In this document: one piece after another, positions 28,701 through 40,590 of the stretch | Layout: each line of letters begins with the position of its first letter | How positions within the stretch are numbered: position 1 is the stretch's first letter | Source: Paragordius varius | Taxonomy: Eukaryota; Animalia; Nematomorpha | Direction of reading: 5' to 3' | Assembly (NCBI GenBank): GCA_964247055.1 | Contig: OZ176051.1 | Coordinates: 3,472,001 to 3,536,000 of the forward strand | Length of the DNA stretch: 64,000 nucleotides | The notes under the pieces: model-generated | What the model was told of the DNA's origin: nothing | Databases searched by the model: none | The model's input: the letters and a program-made list of their open reading frames with translations, nothing else | Translations under genes and position numbers: made by a program

Positions 28701-29655
28701 TGGCTGGCAGTATAACACCCTTAAAAAAATTAAAATATTAATTAAAATTTGTTTAAAAATTCAAAAAAGAGCACGACAAAAATTATGAGTGGTGTATTTT
28801 TAGACAATTGTGTCAAAACTTTCATGGTCACATTAATATTTAATATAAATCAAAAGTTTTCATATTTCAACCCGAAAATCGCAAATTTCGAAGACATTAT
28901 GTTCAGAGAAGTTTGATGTATTTAAAAACGAATAATTGTGTATAAATTTAACTTCAAAATTGACACAAATGGGTTGTTACCAAAAAATATACTTCCAAGA
29001 AACAAAATGAAATACTATCGGGTTAAAATCTCGAGACTTTTATATAAAAATGTTAAAAACAATATATAACAAAAAATTTATATAAACTTTTAGAAATCTA
29101 ACTAAATATGAAATATTGACAATTTGTTCTTAAATCGATCTAATGTTACAATCAGAATCATTTTATAACATTTAGTGAAAACAGTAACAAAAAAATAAAA
29201 GTATTCACCTGGCCTAAACCCTGCACAAATCTACAAAACATAAACCCGTAAGCGCTCCAACGAGCAACAAATGGACTTATTAGGGTAAATACAGATGCAA
29301 GCAATATTCCAAAGCCGAGAACACTCTTAGAACCATATTTAAAAGACAAGCAACCACCCGGGATTTGGGTAACAATATATCCGTAAAAAAATGATGCAAG
29401 TATGTAGCCTTGAGTATGAATATCCCAATCAAATTTAATTTGTTTATATCGTTGGTCTAGGAGGCTTTGGTTGTTAATTGTCTAATATTAAATGGCATAT
29501 ACTTGATTATTATCACAGATATGCCTTGAAGAAGTATTATGTACCATTGCCACAATAGCGACGCTAAGATTTGTGCGTATAATATAGGCAATAAAAAGCC
29601 CAAAGAATGATAAAATCACTACAACATTCCTAGAAACAGCAAATGATTTAAACAT
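25776..29655 (-). CDS. SLC17 / anion:cation symporter (sialin/VGLUT/Picot-like) MFS transporter, about 587 aa, 10 exons
   Basis: Exons: 29655-29503 (or 29545), 29481-29209, 28719-28632, 28508-28413, 28147-27999, 27732-27577, 27252-27120, 26999-26721, 26308-26226, 26129-25776 (TAA). Motifs: RTNLSVAIVAM, FDWD..QGYILASFFYGY..TQIPGG, RFVQGLGQG, GWPSIFYVTG, PFWAI, LLSSLP, VNPLDLSP, ISNTFGTLSGII. The true 5' end is uncertain. Confidence 0.9.
27262..27519. mobile_element. TATACCATTT-terminal MITE (SLC17 intron 6)
   Basis: Imperfect TIRs of about 55 bp: ATATACCATTTGTACCTCAAATCACCCTTGAACATTTCAAATTTACTCTAAAAT and its reverse complement at 27465-27519. Confidence 0.7.
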
Positions 29656-29739
29656 TGGGTAGTTTTCAAAACCGCGTGCTTTTAGGGTTTATCCATCTGA
29701 AAAAATGCATGTTCACAAATCATACACACCATTTAAATT

Positions 29740-32239
29740 ATGAAAGAAGGTGAAATATTTGTAAAAAATTTAGATGCTGTTTATAAGTTGAAAAAATGGC
29801 GTGAAGAAAATATAAAAAATAGCAAAGAAGTAGTCGAATTGTTTACTAAAATTATACAACCTGATATCCTAAAGTATGGCAATGAATCATGGTTGATTTA
29901 TGAACAAGTTTTAATAGCGGCATTGGATTGTAAAAATATTGATTTGGCCAAAAAATGCTTTCATGCCCTAGAAAAAAAATTTCCAAAAAGTCTCAGAGTC
30001 GCAAAATTATATGGTTACATTTTAGAATATTACGAAAGGTAAAAGTATTAATAAGTTTTATTATATTCACTTGCATCTTTTATTTAATATAATTTTAATT
30101 ATTACTGATCTGTTATTTGTTTTGAATCTTTTTTATAGGTTCGATGATGCAGAAGAAATTTATGATGCACTTTTGGCTAAAGATCCCTCCAATTCAGTAA
30201 AATTATTATTTTTTAATCAGACAGTTAATCTATAAACGCAAAGTTGCATTACTGAAAGCGAGAAATTCCATACCAGAAGCCATTATTGAATTAAATGCCT
30301 ATTTGAAAATGTAAAATATTATATTATTTTATAATAAACGAGATATTAAACCGAAACCGTGGTTTTCAAAAATAAATATTGTTTGTTTTTTCAATCCAAT
30401 TTTAATTTTGTGGGTTTTGTCTAAATAATTAGATTTTCTGTAAATTAAATGGAACGAAAACCATCACTTTAAAAAACGAAACATATTCCAAATTTTGGTT
30501 AACATATTCGAATCCACTAAATCTAATATTACATACTTTTTAATTGTTAAAGATTTATATATGATCTGGAAGCATGGCATGAATTGTGTGATTTATATCT
30601 CGTTATTTTGGATTACGAGAAAGCAGCCTTTTGTATGGAGGAACTTATTCTTTCCAATTCAAGAAACTACTTTTATCATATGAAATATGCTGAGGTTTTA
30701 TATTTCGTGGTGATTTGAAATTAAATGTATTTTAAATTTTATGTATCTTAAAATTTTTTCATGTTATATAAGAATAATTTTAATACATCGCTTTTAGTAT
30801 TTCCAATGATCAAAGTATATTTTTCACCATAAGCTTGTTTTCACATTTCGCTATATTAATAGTATATATATTAACACTTCGATTTAAATTGGGGTATTTA
30901 AATACCCCAGACTATATTTAAGTCGATATTTTTAAAGACTACTAAAGGAAACGGTATAAATTCAAATTTATACTTCTATCCTAATAAAACTATATAAATA
31001 AGCCGAAATATCTAAATAAAATTTAGTTTTGAAAAAAGTGCCATATCAAGTTACTTGGACCATATTTTTATTTTACAATTGCTAAATATCATGTTTATTT
31101 GATTCTATGGCTAAAATTAAGTTTACTTTTTAATCAAAATCACATTTAACTTTATTATAAACAGCAAATGTGGTAAATTCAGGATTTTTATATCTAAATT
31201 ATGCACACATGTCATGTTGTCTAAATTTTTTAGGGTTTTACATCCTAATAAGTAATTATCAAGATTTCGGCTCATTGTTAGATAAGTGCAAACTTTTGTC
31301 ATGGTCAAACAGGCCTGGTTTTTAACAACCCCAATTTGAATCGCAGGACTGAAATGAATGTATTGTATCTAAGTGATAAGATTATAAATCATTTATCCGA
31401 TATTTAGTTTGAAAAAATTTTAATTATATATTTCACTTGATACTATTGAATAAACTTGCTTGTAATTATCAGTTTAATATTTTATTATAATTAAAATTTC
31501 TTGATTTTAGATTAAATATTCGCAAGGCGGAAATGATAATTTGGAACTTTCACGAAGCCATTATTGTTTTGCATATAAGTTAAATCCTACGAATGCCAGA
31601 TCTCTCTATGGAATCATATTGGTTTTAATTAATTTAATTTTACCAATTGCATTTATCACCTATTTTTTATAACTATACGATTCTTTTTCACCAATAATTT
31701 CATACACTTGGGTTTATAACAAATTATATTGTTTTTTAATTCAACAAAATAATTTTATTAAATGTGTCATTTTAAAATTTCAATATATAATTTAGGTTTC
31801 GAATGCATTGCAGCAATATACAAAGGGTAATATTAAAAAGCACAAAGAAAATCAGATATGCTTTGATTGGGCATCTAACCAATTAAATCAACTCTACGGC
31901 CAACACGTAAGCCATAATAAAAAACTTTAATTATTATGTTTTGATTTTAATTTTGATAATTTTTGGATATAATTTGATTGAATTATACAAGACTATTTTT
32001 TGTTTCAACTGTATATAAGGTATTTGTTTATGAATGCCATGTACGTACAAACAATTTTTGGGGGGTATTGTATAAACATTAATCAATACTTGTTAAGAAT
32101 ATCCACCTAAAATTTTTATTTAATATAAGCCTTAAAAATTTTTATTGTTATACAGAAAAAGCGTACTTCGTCCAAAGAAGATTCTACGCTTAACCTGTTG
32201 GGTCCTATGCTTGCTTCATTGCAATTAAATACTGCTTAG
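29740..32239 (+). CDS. EMC2: ER membrane protein complex subunit 2 (TPR protein), 296 aa, 7 exons
   Basis: Exons: 29740-30038, 30139-30196, 30225-30310, 30553-30694, 31511-31621, 31796-31906, 32156-32239 (TAG). Motifs: KWREEN, WLIYEQVLIAALD, YKRKVALLKA, DLEAWHELCDLY, KAAFCMEELIL, YAEIKYSQGG.DNLELSR. The length matches vertebrate EMC2 (about 297 aa) only if the 28-nt intron is removed. Confidence 0.92.
30875..31375 (-). mobile_element. TTAA piggyBac-like MITE, copy B (EMC2 intron 4)
   Basis: TTAA|CACTTCGATTTAAATTGGGGTA at the left and ...GTATCTAAGTG|ATAA at the right; reverse complement of copy A. Confidence 0.75.
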
Positions 32240-32564
32240 ATAGAACTTAACTGATATAATTATTTATTCATGTTTACTAAATGTGCATTTGATTGTCATA
32301 ATTTGGAGATTATATATGTGTTTATAAAATAATTAATGTAGTAATGAATAAATATGTAAAAAAATTTAGTGTTGATTTTTATGAAAAGGGTTTAATGATA
32401 TAAAAAAATTGATTATGTAAGGTATTACATTATTATGCATTATGTATGGAAACTAACTAGATAAGTAGTAATATAAGTATTGCGTTGTTAAATGCATATG
32501 TTTATATGTAGATAGTTTATAGGTTTAAATAAACATAAAAATCAATTTTTTTATGTCAAAAAAA

Positions 32565-35500
32565 TTAGTAATAGGCAGGTCCTCCTGACCTTAGCGTGCC
32601 ATTGTTTGTTGTACCATTATTGTAATTTGGGATTCCGATATACCCAGCAATTGGCTGAGAAGGGGGTTGTTGGTTACTTATTATACAGTTTTCTAAATTA
32701 CTGTTTGATGTGACACTACACGTGTGATGCTTAAGTTTAACTTGATGAATTTGATCAGATGTCCCAATATTATTACATATACTGCTGCTGTTGTTATAAA
32801 GATTCGTTTCAGATATGTTACATCCGTTGTGTCCCGCGATCGAAGCATTTTGATAAATGTATTGATTGTAATTAGTTAAATTATTTTCTTGACTACCATT
32901 GTATAAAATAGTTGTATTATTCATGTTGTTTAAATTATTTTGTAGTGTTGTCAAATACGTCATATTGTTGGCCCCATTTAGGAGCGAACCAGCTAAAAGG
33001 GTCGGAGTACACCCATTAACACCATTGTAGTAGATTGGGGTTCCTTGATAATTTCCTGACGAATCCACCTCCAAAGGACCCAAGTCTAAAATATGGAAAT
33101 ATAAAGTTTGATTAAAAATTTATTAGACACATCTTTATGTACTTATAATTGTCGGTCCTGCCATGTCCAAACCTGTACCACCACCACTGGTTTGCATAAA
33201 ATTGATGCCATTAAGACTAGATAAGCATTCGATCGGTAAGAGATATGGCTGAGATGCGATTCCTGTATTCTGCGCGGTTGGGGTTACTGGTGAACAATTT
33301 CCCCCATTTTGTGGTATACAACCTAGATCTAGAAAGTTTACATATTAAAAATTCCTTAACAAAAGACAGATTATTGATTAGCGAAAATATGAGCTTCAAA
33401 CATTGGTTAAAAAAATGATATATAAACTATTATACTTTGGACTGCTGTAATAGCTGGGGTATATGTTGAACCATTTATATAAGGATTCGTATTTGTGGCT
33501 ATGAGTTGGTTTGTTAAAGGATTGTACAATACGGTAGGAGATATGCTAAATATGGAAATGTTTGAAAATTATAACAAGTACATTGATTATTATCTAAAGC
33601 GCCACATAAATTTTTAGCTCTTTTTATTATATCACCATGTATATGGATACTTACAGAATTGTTTATTTTTTATTCTTTACAATATATTTATGTACTAACT
33701 TGTTTGATAATCCAATTGTAAATAAATCATAATAATTTAAATTGACAATAAGAATAAAGAATCTGGAAGATATGTAAAATGATTTATAGGGGACCTGGAT
33801 ATAAGGAAATTAATAATAAGTGACGCTTTAATGCAATTATTAGGGGTAGTACCACTAATATATTAATTAACAATTCGAAATCACCTTGGAACGATTCAAA
33901 TTCACCTTAAAATAAAATGTGTAATTTTAAAATTACCTATACTTTTTATATTTTTAAAAAGTTTGAAATTTCGTTATAAGATCAACGCATTTATTTTAGT
34001 CCTTTAATTTTATTAGGGGTAGTTAAATACCCCAGGCTTGCTTAAAATTAAATATTTCAAAAAATATGGAATAAAAAGAAACCATGGCAAAAGTTTGCAC
34101 TTATATAAAATTAATCAACCGAAATAAAATTAAAAATTCATTCAAAAATACTAGATATTTTTTATTAAGAGGCAAAACCCAAAGCTAAATATTTAGCCAC
34201 TATGACATGTGTGCGTAAACTAATTTAATAATGCAAAATATACCACTTTTTCTGTTTATATCAATGTTAAATGTGATTTTAATAAAAAGGAAAATTTAAT
34301 TTAGGCTTTAAATCAAATAAACACGATATTGTATAAAAATGTTTTAAAATATTAAACGTCAAATTAGTTGGATACAGAACTTTTCCAAAAATAAACTTCA
34401 TTTTGATATTTTGGGTTATTTGTTTAATTTTTATTAGAATAGCAGCATAAATTTGATTTGGAACCGTTTCTTTTAGTATTTTATATCAAATATTGCCTGG
34501 GGTATTAAAATACCCCAATTTTATCAAAGTGTTAAATTAATATAAAACTGAAAAAATAATGAAATGCCATAAGAATATATTTCTTTTATTGATGACTTAT
34601 ATTAGCCTGAAAACACATGATTTATTTTAGGGTGAATTGGTATTGTTCATGGGTAAATTTTTTCAAACAATTTTTATATTTAGGTATCACAGAAAAAATT
34701 ATCTTATAACATTCTTGACATTTCTAAACATAAAAATTTTTGACTGTCGAAATTAAACAGATGTTGTATAATAAAATTTGGCCAAAATACTATGATAACA
34801 ATTCTGCTAAAAACTAATATATTTGGCGGTAAAAGTTTAAATGAGGATTTTTACATGTGTTATTATTTAAACACTTAAGGAGAATGGATTTTTTAAAATA
34901 GGAAGCAAAGATTTTGATTTTATATCTGTAAATTTCAAATCGTTCCCCATAGTAAAATATTATCAACAATTTGAAAATGTTAAACAATATATCAAATTTA
35001 ACATTGTAAATGGTGTAATTCAACTTATTGACTTAAAAATATATATTACCACCCAAATTATGTCAAATATATATAGAAAAATAATAAAATTCATACGCGG
35101 TTCCGTTCGGCAAGGCGTAAACTGTCCCAAGAGGAAGATTTAAATCTGTTTAATAGAAGAAATGTTAATTAGTTACCGATTACTTGAACATTTATAAATT
35201 TGTCATGATTGTGACTATTCTTAATATAAGTAGGCAAATGAAATTACAAATTAATGGTTTAATCGAAAAACACAGTGAAATCATTTTAGCCCAGTTTTCT
35301 TTAAAAATTCACACTTTTTACCTATTTTTCTAATGTATCTTATCCAACCCTAATATGTAATAAAAACTATCCACAAATCAACCGTATCTCAATTTTAAAT
35401 AGTTTGCATCTAATCAGTCACAATACATTATATGTGTCTTTTCAATATTATCGAATTCTTACTAAATGGAGATCCTGTTACACCGGTTCCGGGACCACCA

Positions 35501-37102
35501 TTGCTTAACAGATTATTTAGTATCAAAGGATTGGTTATTTGTCCATTTGTACGCGGTTTGGCCCCGATATAAGCGAGATTAACATTGGCTTTCCTTCCAT
35601 CAATGATGGGATTGGGTTCTAGGGTGGCTCTTTCGGCAGCTAATTGTTCTGACATAGTTACCTTTTCAAAAATTAAATCAAAAAAAAATTGCAAATTCCG
35701 ATATAAAAATGGTAATATTGGCATTTGCTGGCTATTTGTTTATGCGAAAACTAAATTAAAACTTGATATATAATATAACGTGACATACATAAAAGTATGT
35801 TCATTTAGTTACTAAATGCTTTGTTTCAAATTTCCTTAATTGACAGTTTATATTAAGGTGGGACGATATTTATTCGAAAATGATACATTAAATTACATTT
35901 AAGTAGTTTTATAGGATTTTAGTTATTGAATTAGCCTCAGATATCGTGCCGTCCATAAAGGGCATAAAAACAATTATAAATTTGGTTATTTCAATATGTC
36001 TTTTCCGTAAATATTACATTTTTTAGAAAAATGACCTGTTATGAAACTATTTAGTTATACTGCAATTTTTTTCCAAATTTATAGAGAATGTATATGTTAG
36101 TTAAATCTTTTCATTATAGGATGTGCAATTAAAATTTTCCTAAATTGGGAGAAATCATCAATACTAATAATGGTTTACTTAATAAAAATTGGATATCCCT
36201 CAAAAAATATTCAACTTTACCTGTTGCTGTTAGAATCATTATTTTAAAATTATAAAGATCTTGAAATATTATACAAGGGCCTCCAAGTATTTCCAGACAT
36301 ATTATAACAAATAGTGATATTATTAAATAAAAGATCTGTAAATGATTATTAGACTTCTGCAGTTGATTTAATGAACTATAGCACCAAATCGATACTGTAT
36401 AAAAACCAGTTATATATTTTTTCGGGAAAAACAAAATTAATAATGGATAAGAAGCAAACGCTTTTTATACATGTAACAAAATTTTATTTGCTATACTTTG
36501 TCCAGCCTAATTATATTTTAAATTAAAATGTCTTATCGCTTAAATGATATGCGCCACTAAATTTATTTTATCTGAAATTAAAGATTTAATGAATTAAAGA
36601 AAATATAATTAATAAAAAACCAAATTAATACTTATCACAGGGACTAAAAAACTCGAAATCTTGGCAAAAAACAGGAATTTTAATAATCATGTAAAATTGA
36701 GTTAAGACGGTCAATAAGCTAGTTTTATATATTTTAGCGTTATTTTTAATATCTCAATTCCGCTGGAAAAAACACAACTGTGAGATGATTTCACAATTTT
36801 TACGTTTCATCGTATATTAATCTAATCAAAATATAAATTTCAAATTTGAATATCAGATTATCGTGCTAAAATGATTAATGTTAGTTGCTCTTTTAAACGC
36901 TTCCTTAAAATTATGGAAAAAAATCGCTAAAACATTTGATTTTTTCGTAACGGTGAATTAACCGAATAATATTTAACTGTTATGGCATGTGCGCTTAGTG
37001 AGGTCATCTCATGATTTTATATATATATATGAATTTATAATATTGGCACTATAATACGTAATATTTACTAAATAAATCATCATCTTTTAAATAAGGATAG
37101 TA

Positions 37103-37147
<45 letters not shown>

Positions 37148-38149
37148 TAGGGTTTGGAATCAAAAATTAAAATAGCCTCTTCCCTAAGGCCTCTGATTAT
37201 TTATGTTTATACGACTTTTCAACAATTATTACAAAATATAAATATTATAGTATAAAAAACAAATTACATTTCATAGATAAATATATAAAAAGCGAAAAAA
37301 TCTTACAAATCCATAACCACGTGATTTTCCAGTTTGTCGATCAGTTATAACTACAGCTTCTTCGATTTCACCAAAAACTTCAAAGAATTTGCGTAATGAA
37401 TCATCCGTGGTGTGATACGGTAAACCACCCACAAATATTTTAGTGAAAGTTGTATCCTTTTGACATATTTGATTTGATAATGGTACATAGGTTGAAACTA
37501 AATCTCCATTGCTTAAATCCCTATATTTTCTTTCATCCAATGTTATATTCTCTTCTGTACTCTCTGTTTGTTCCAAGGAATGGGTATACGAGCTGTCTAG
37601 GTCATGAGCCGATTTGTTATTATTATATTCTAAATTTTGTTTCACAAATACAATATTTGAAGTGGTGTCCATTGGTCTGTCAGTATTTGAGTCGGAAAAT
37701 GATGTATACATTTCATTTTCATTATTTAGGATGGTGGTAAATCCATTTTCGCTAAGAAGGGAATTAACTGAATCGTTTGTTTGACATGACTGTAATTGTG
37801 GTTGATTCCCACCGATTTCCAAAGAGGTAGATGGAGTTGAAATTTTTTGCAAAACATTATTTTCCAACATATTTGCATTTTCTTGATATTTTGGCGTAGT
37901 GGAAGCTATAGATGTAGTAGTTTCAATATTTATGTGAAGAACACCACCGTTTATATTATTGTTATCTTGTTTAACATTAAGATTGTATTCGTCCAAATTT
38001 TGATTTGTAAAATTGATAATCGAATTATTCCCATCACTCGGAATATTATTATTATTATTATTATTATATGTTTCGCAACCAACACCGTTATTGCCAGCGA
38101 TCAAATTTAAACTGTTATTTAAGGCATCTGTGTGTTTTTTGCAAAGCAT
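32565..38149 (-). CDS. RBM24: RBM24/RBM38 (SUP-12/SEB4) single-RRM RNA-binding protein with long Asn-rich extensions, about 635 aa, 6 exons
   Basis: Exons: 38149-37307, 35661-35463, 35145-35097, 33545-33436, 33328-33143, 33085-32565. The [53 protein letters not shown]|VTM...[22 protein letters not shown] is the RBM24/38 signature. The C-terminal exons are supported by phase consistency (1,2,1,1) only, not by homology. Confidence 0.88.
33975..34531 (+). mobile_element. TTAA piggyBac-like MITE, copy C (RBM24 intron 3)
   Basis: Colinear with copy A (GGGGTAGTTAAATACCCCAGGC, AACCATGGCAAAAGTTTGCACTT). The right end AAGTG|TTAA is intact; the left end is degenerate. Confidence 0.65.
37105..37144. 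repeat. (TA)n microsatellite, about 20 units
   Basis: Read directly; in RBM24 intron 1. Confidence 0.97.
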
Positions 38150-40590
38150 AGTTAACTTAGCTTTTTATTTATATCTCGTAATAAAATTGCTAAATAATAA
38201 ATGTGGACTTGAGTTGATTGGATTTAGCGATTATAAAATCAAACCGTTTATTAAACGCTTCCTTCAATCGAAACAAAAATTATGAACAAATGTGTAAGTA
38301 AGTAAATAAATGTTCTGATGCTAAGCTACGCCAAGGACATATTTAAATTGAGTGATCATTAGTTTTATGATTAAATAATGGATCTTCAGGATTTAAAAAT
38401 AAATTTTTCTGTAATTCTCCTTTGGAATGAGAGTTGCATAATTTCACAATACTTATAAAAAGAATTTAAAGAAAACGGTAATATTATGGTTGTTTCATAA
38501 TTTTTTAGCGATAAATTGGATATCAATTTTTAACAAAAAATAAATTTAACCATTATCCAAAAATCAAAAATAAATAATTACAAATAATGGTGTTTTATCC
38601 ACATGATGAACAATTCAAAAATAATAATATTTTTTTATTTCTAAATAATGATCAAAAAAATAATTTTTTATATATGAATATTAATATTATTCAACAGCAT
38701 TAGAAAGTGGATCAACCAAAAAGTAAACCAAATCACTGCAATCTTTTCATTTTTCCCGATATTTTGTTTAAGATACGCATTATATATATTTTCGTTTTTT
38801 TCCAATACTGTGTGTAAAAATCGAATCTTTTGAAGAACAACATCAATATTGTTTCAAAAACAATGTTTGAAAAAAGTGTGCAATTAAAATACATGGGCTG
38901 GGATCGTCGTCCCTAAAATCGATAAAATCTTGTATAAATACCTATCAATATATTAATTTGTACGATTTTGTAAGTTTTAAAATCAGTATAAATACTACTT
39001 ATAGAATATCAATGCTTCCAATAATTAACATATTTTATTACAATTTTTGACCTGAAAAGTAGCATAACTTATAAAAGTTGATTGAAGTTGCTAAGCAAAT
39101 TATTAAAGCACAAAAATTTATTTAATCGCTAATTTTTTTCAACTATTTTTTCATTACCATATTGTTATGACGAATTGATATTTGTAGATAATTATTTTCA
39201 AAAATATTAACAATATTTTAATCTCATTCGAGGCAGCGAAAAAAATGTTGGAATTAATATTTCTTGCAAAAACTTTACAAAGCGATTATGATTGGTAGAC
39301 AAAAAACAACAAGGATTAAATGCTTACTAAAAAGATAAATTAATTTATGTGATGGTAACAATAATTTATATAAAAACAAAAAATATAATATTTTAATTAT
39401 TTGTGCTTTTTTGATTGTCAATGTCGAATTCGTTGATAACATGAATTAAAATACTTATTGCACACTTCTATTCATAAAACATGTTGAATATTAATTCTGA
39501 AATTTTAAAAACAATTCTAAAAGTAGATAGCCCAATACTTGTAAGATTAATTATATTAAATTTGGTAGAGAAAAATAAGGAAATAACTTTAAATAGTACG
39601 GGTTTTATATTGCATGCCCTTACGAGCTGCATGATCAAGAATGTTCAAAAGGCGGTTTTTGGAATAAAATGACCTCCACCCCCAATATTAACAAACATTA
39701 TATTGTTTGTTCTATTTGACTTTAATAAATGTTGATGATATATTGTCTAGCTTGAAAAAGTGGAAATCCCGATAATATGTCAGAGGATATGTCAAGTTTT
39801 GGGTATATTGTAGTTTGTCAATAACCGATAAAAATGAACATTAAAAAGCACATAGGGAAATAAAACCCCAAAAACTAATTTTTAGTTGTAAACCTTTTTT
39901 ATGTAGATAATAGGTTATCACATTATGTTTTATCAAAATTTATGTATTATATCAGGATATTTTTTACGACCCTCACATTTTGTGAAATTTGTGTAATCCC
40001 AAAAGCATATGAAATGATATTTATTATGACGCCCAATTTCGTCCGAGTATTTGCAAGTATTTTCGTTGTGGAAGGTACCATATCCAATATAGCTGATTTC
40101 GGTTTTATTAAAATTATCCGGGTTTTTTGCCATATTTATTCTATTATCTTTTTTTGCCACATTTTATCCTCGGATGTTCCGATTCTTAACAGTTGTTTAA
40201 ATATTTAAGGTTATTGATATTAATTAAAGATTGATAAAAGACATCGTGTGTGCCTATATTATTAAACACTCATTTTTATTAAAAATTCCATTTTTATAAA
40301 TATATAGATTATATTTAAGTTTGGATAATTTATTATTACATAAACACAATATATTAGGGCGAGATTGGAGCGACAACAATAAATATATAAAAAATAATCA
40401 TATAGTAATTAATTAAATTAAATATATAATAGCATGTTCCCTTGTTTAGTTTGGTGAAGAAATTATATAATGTAAACAGCAAATTATGTCTAAAAAATAA
40501 ACTAGGAATGAAATAAATTTACAAAGCATAATCAAATTCAAGATAATCATAATTAAAATTCTTCTAAATTTAGTATTGGCTTCTGTTGAT

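Noticed and set aside
36129-36434. 101-aa ORF in RBM24 intron 1
   Set aside because: It has no ATG start, no recognisable motif and no convincing splice signals; an open frame of this length is expected by chance or from old TE debris.
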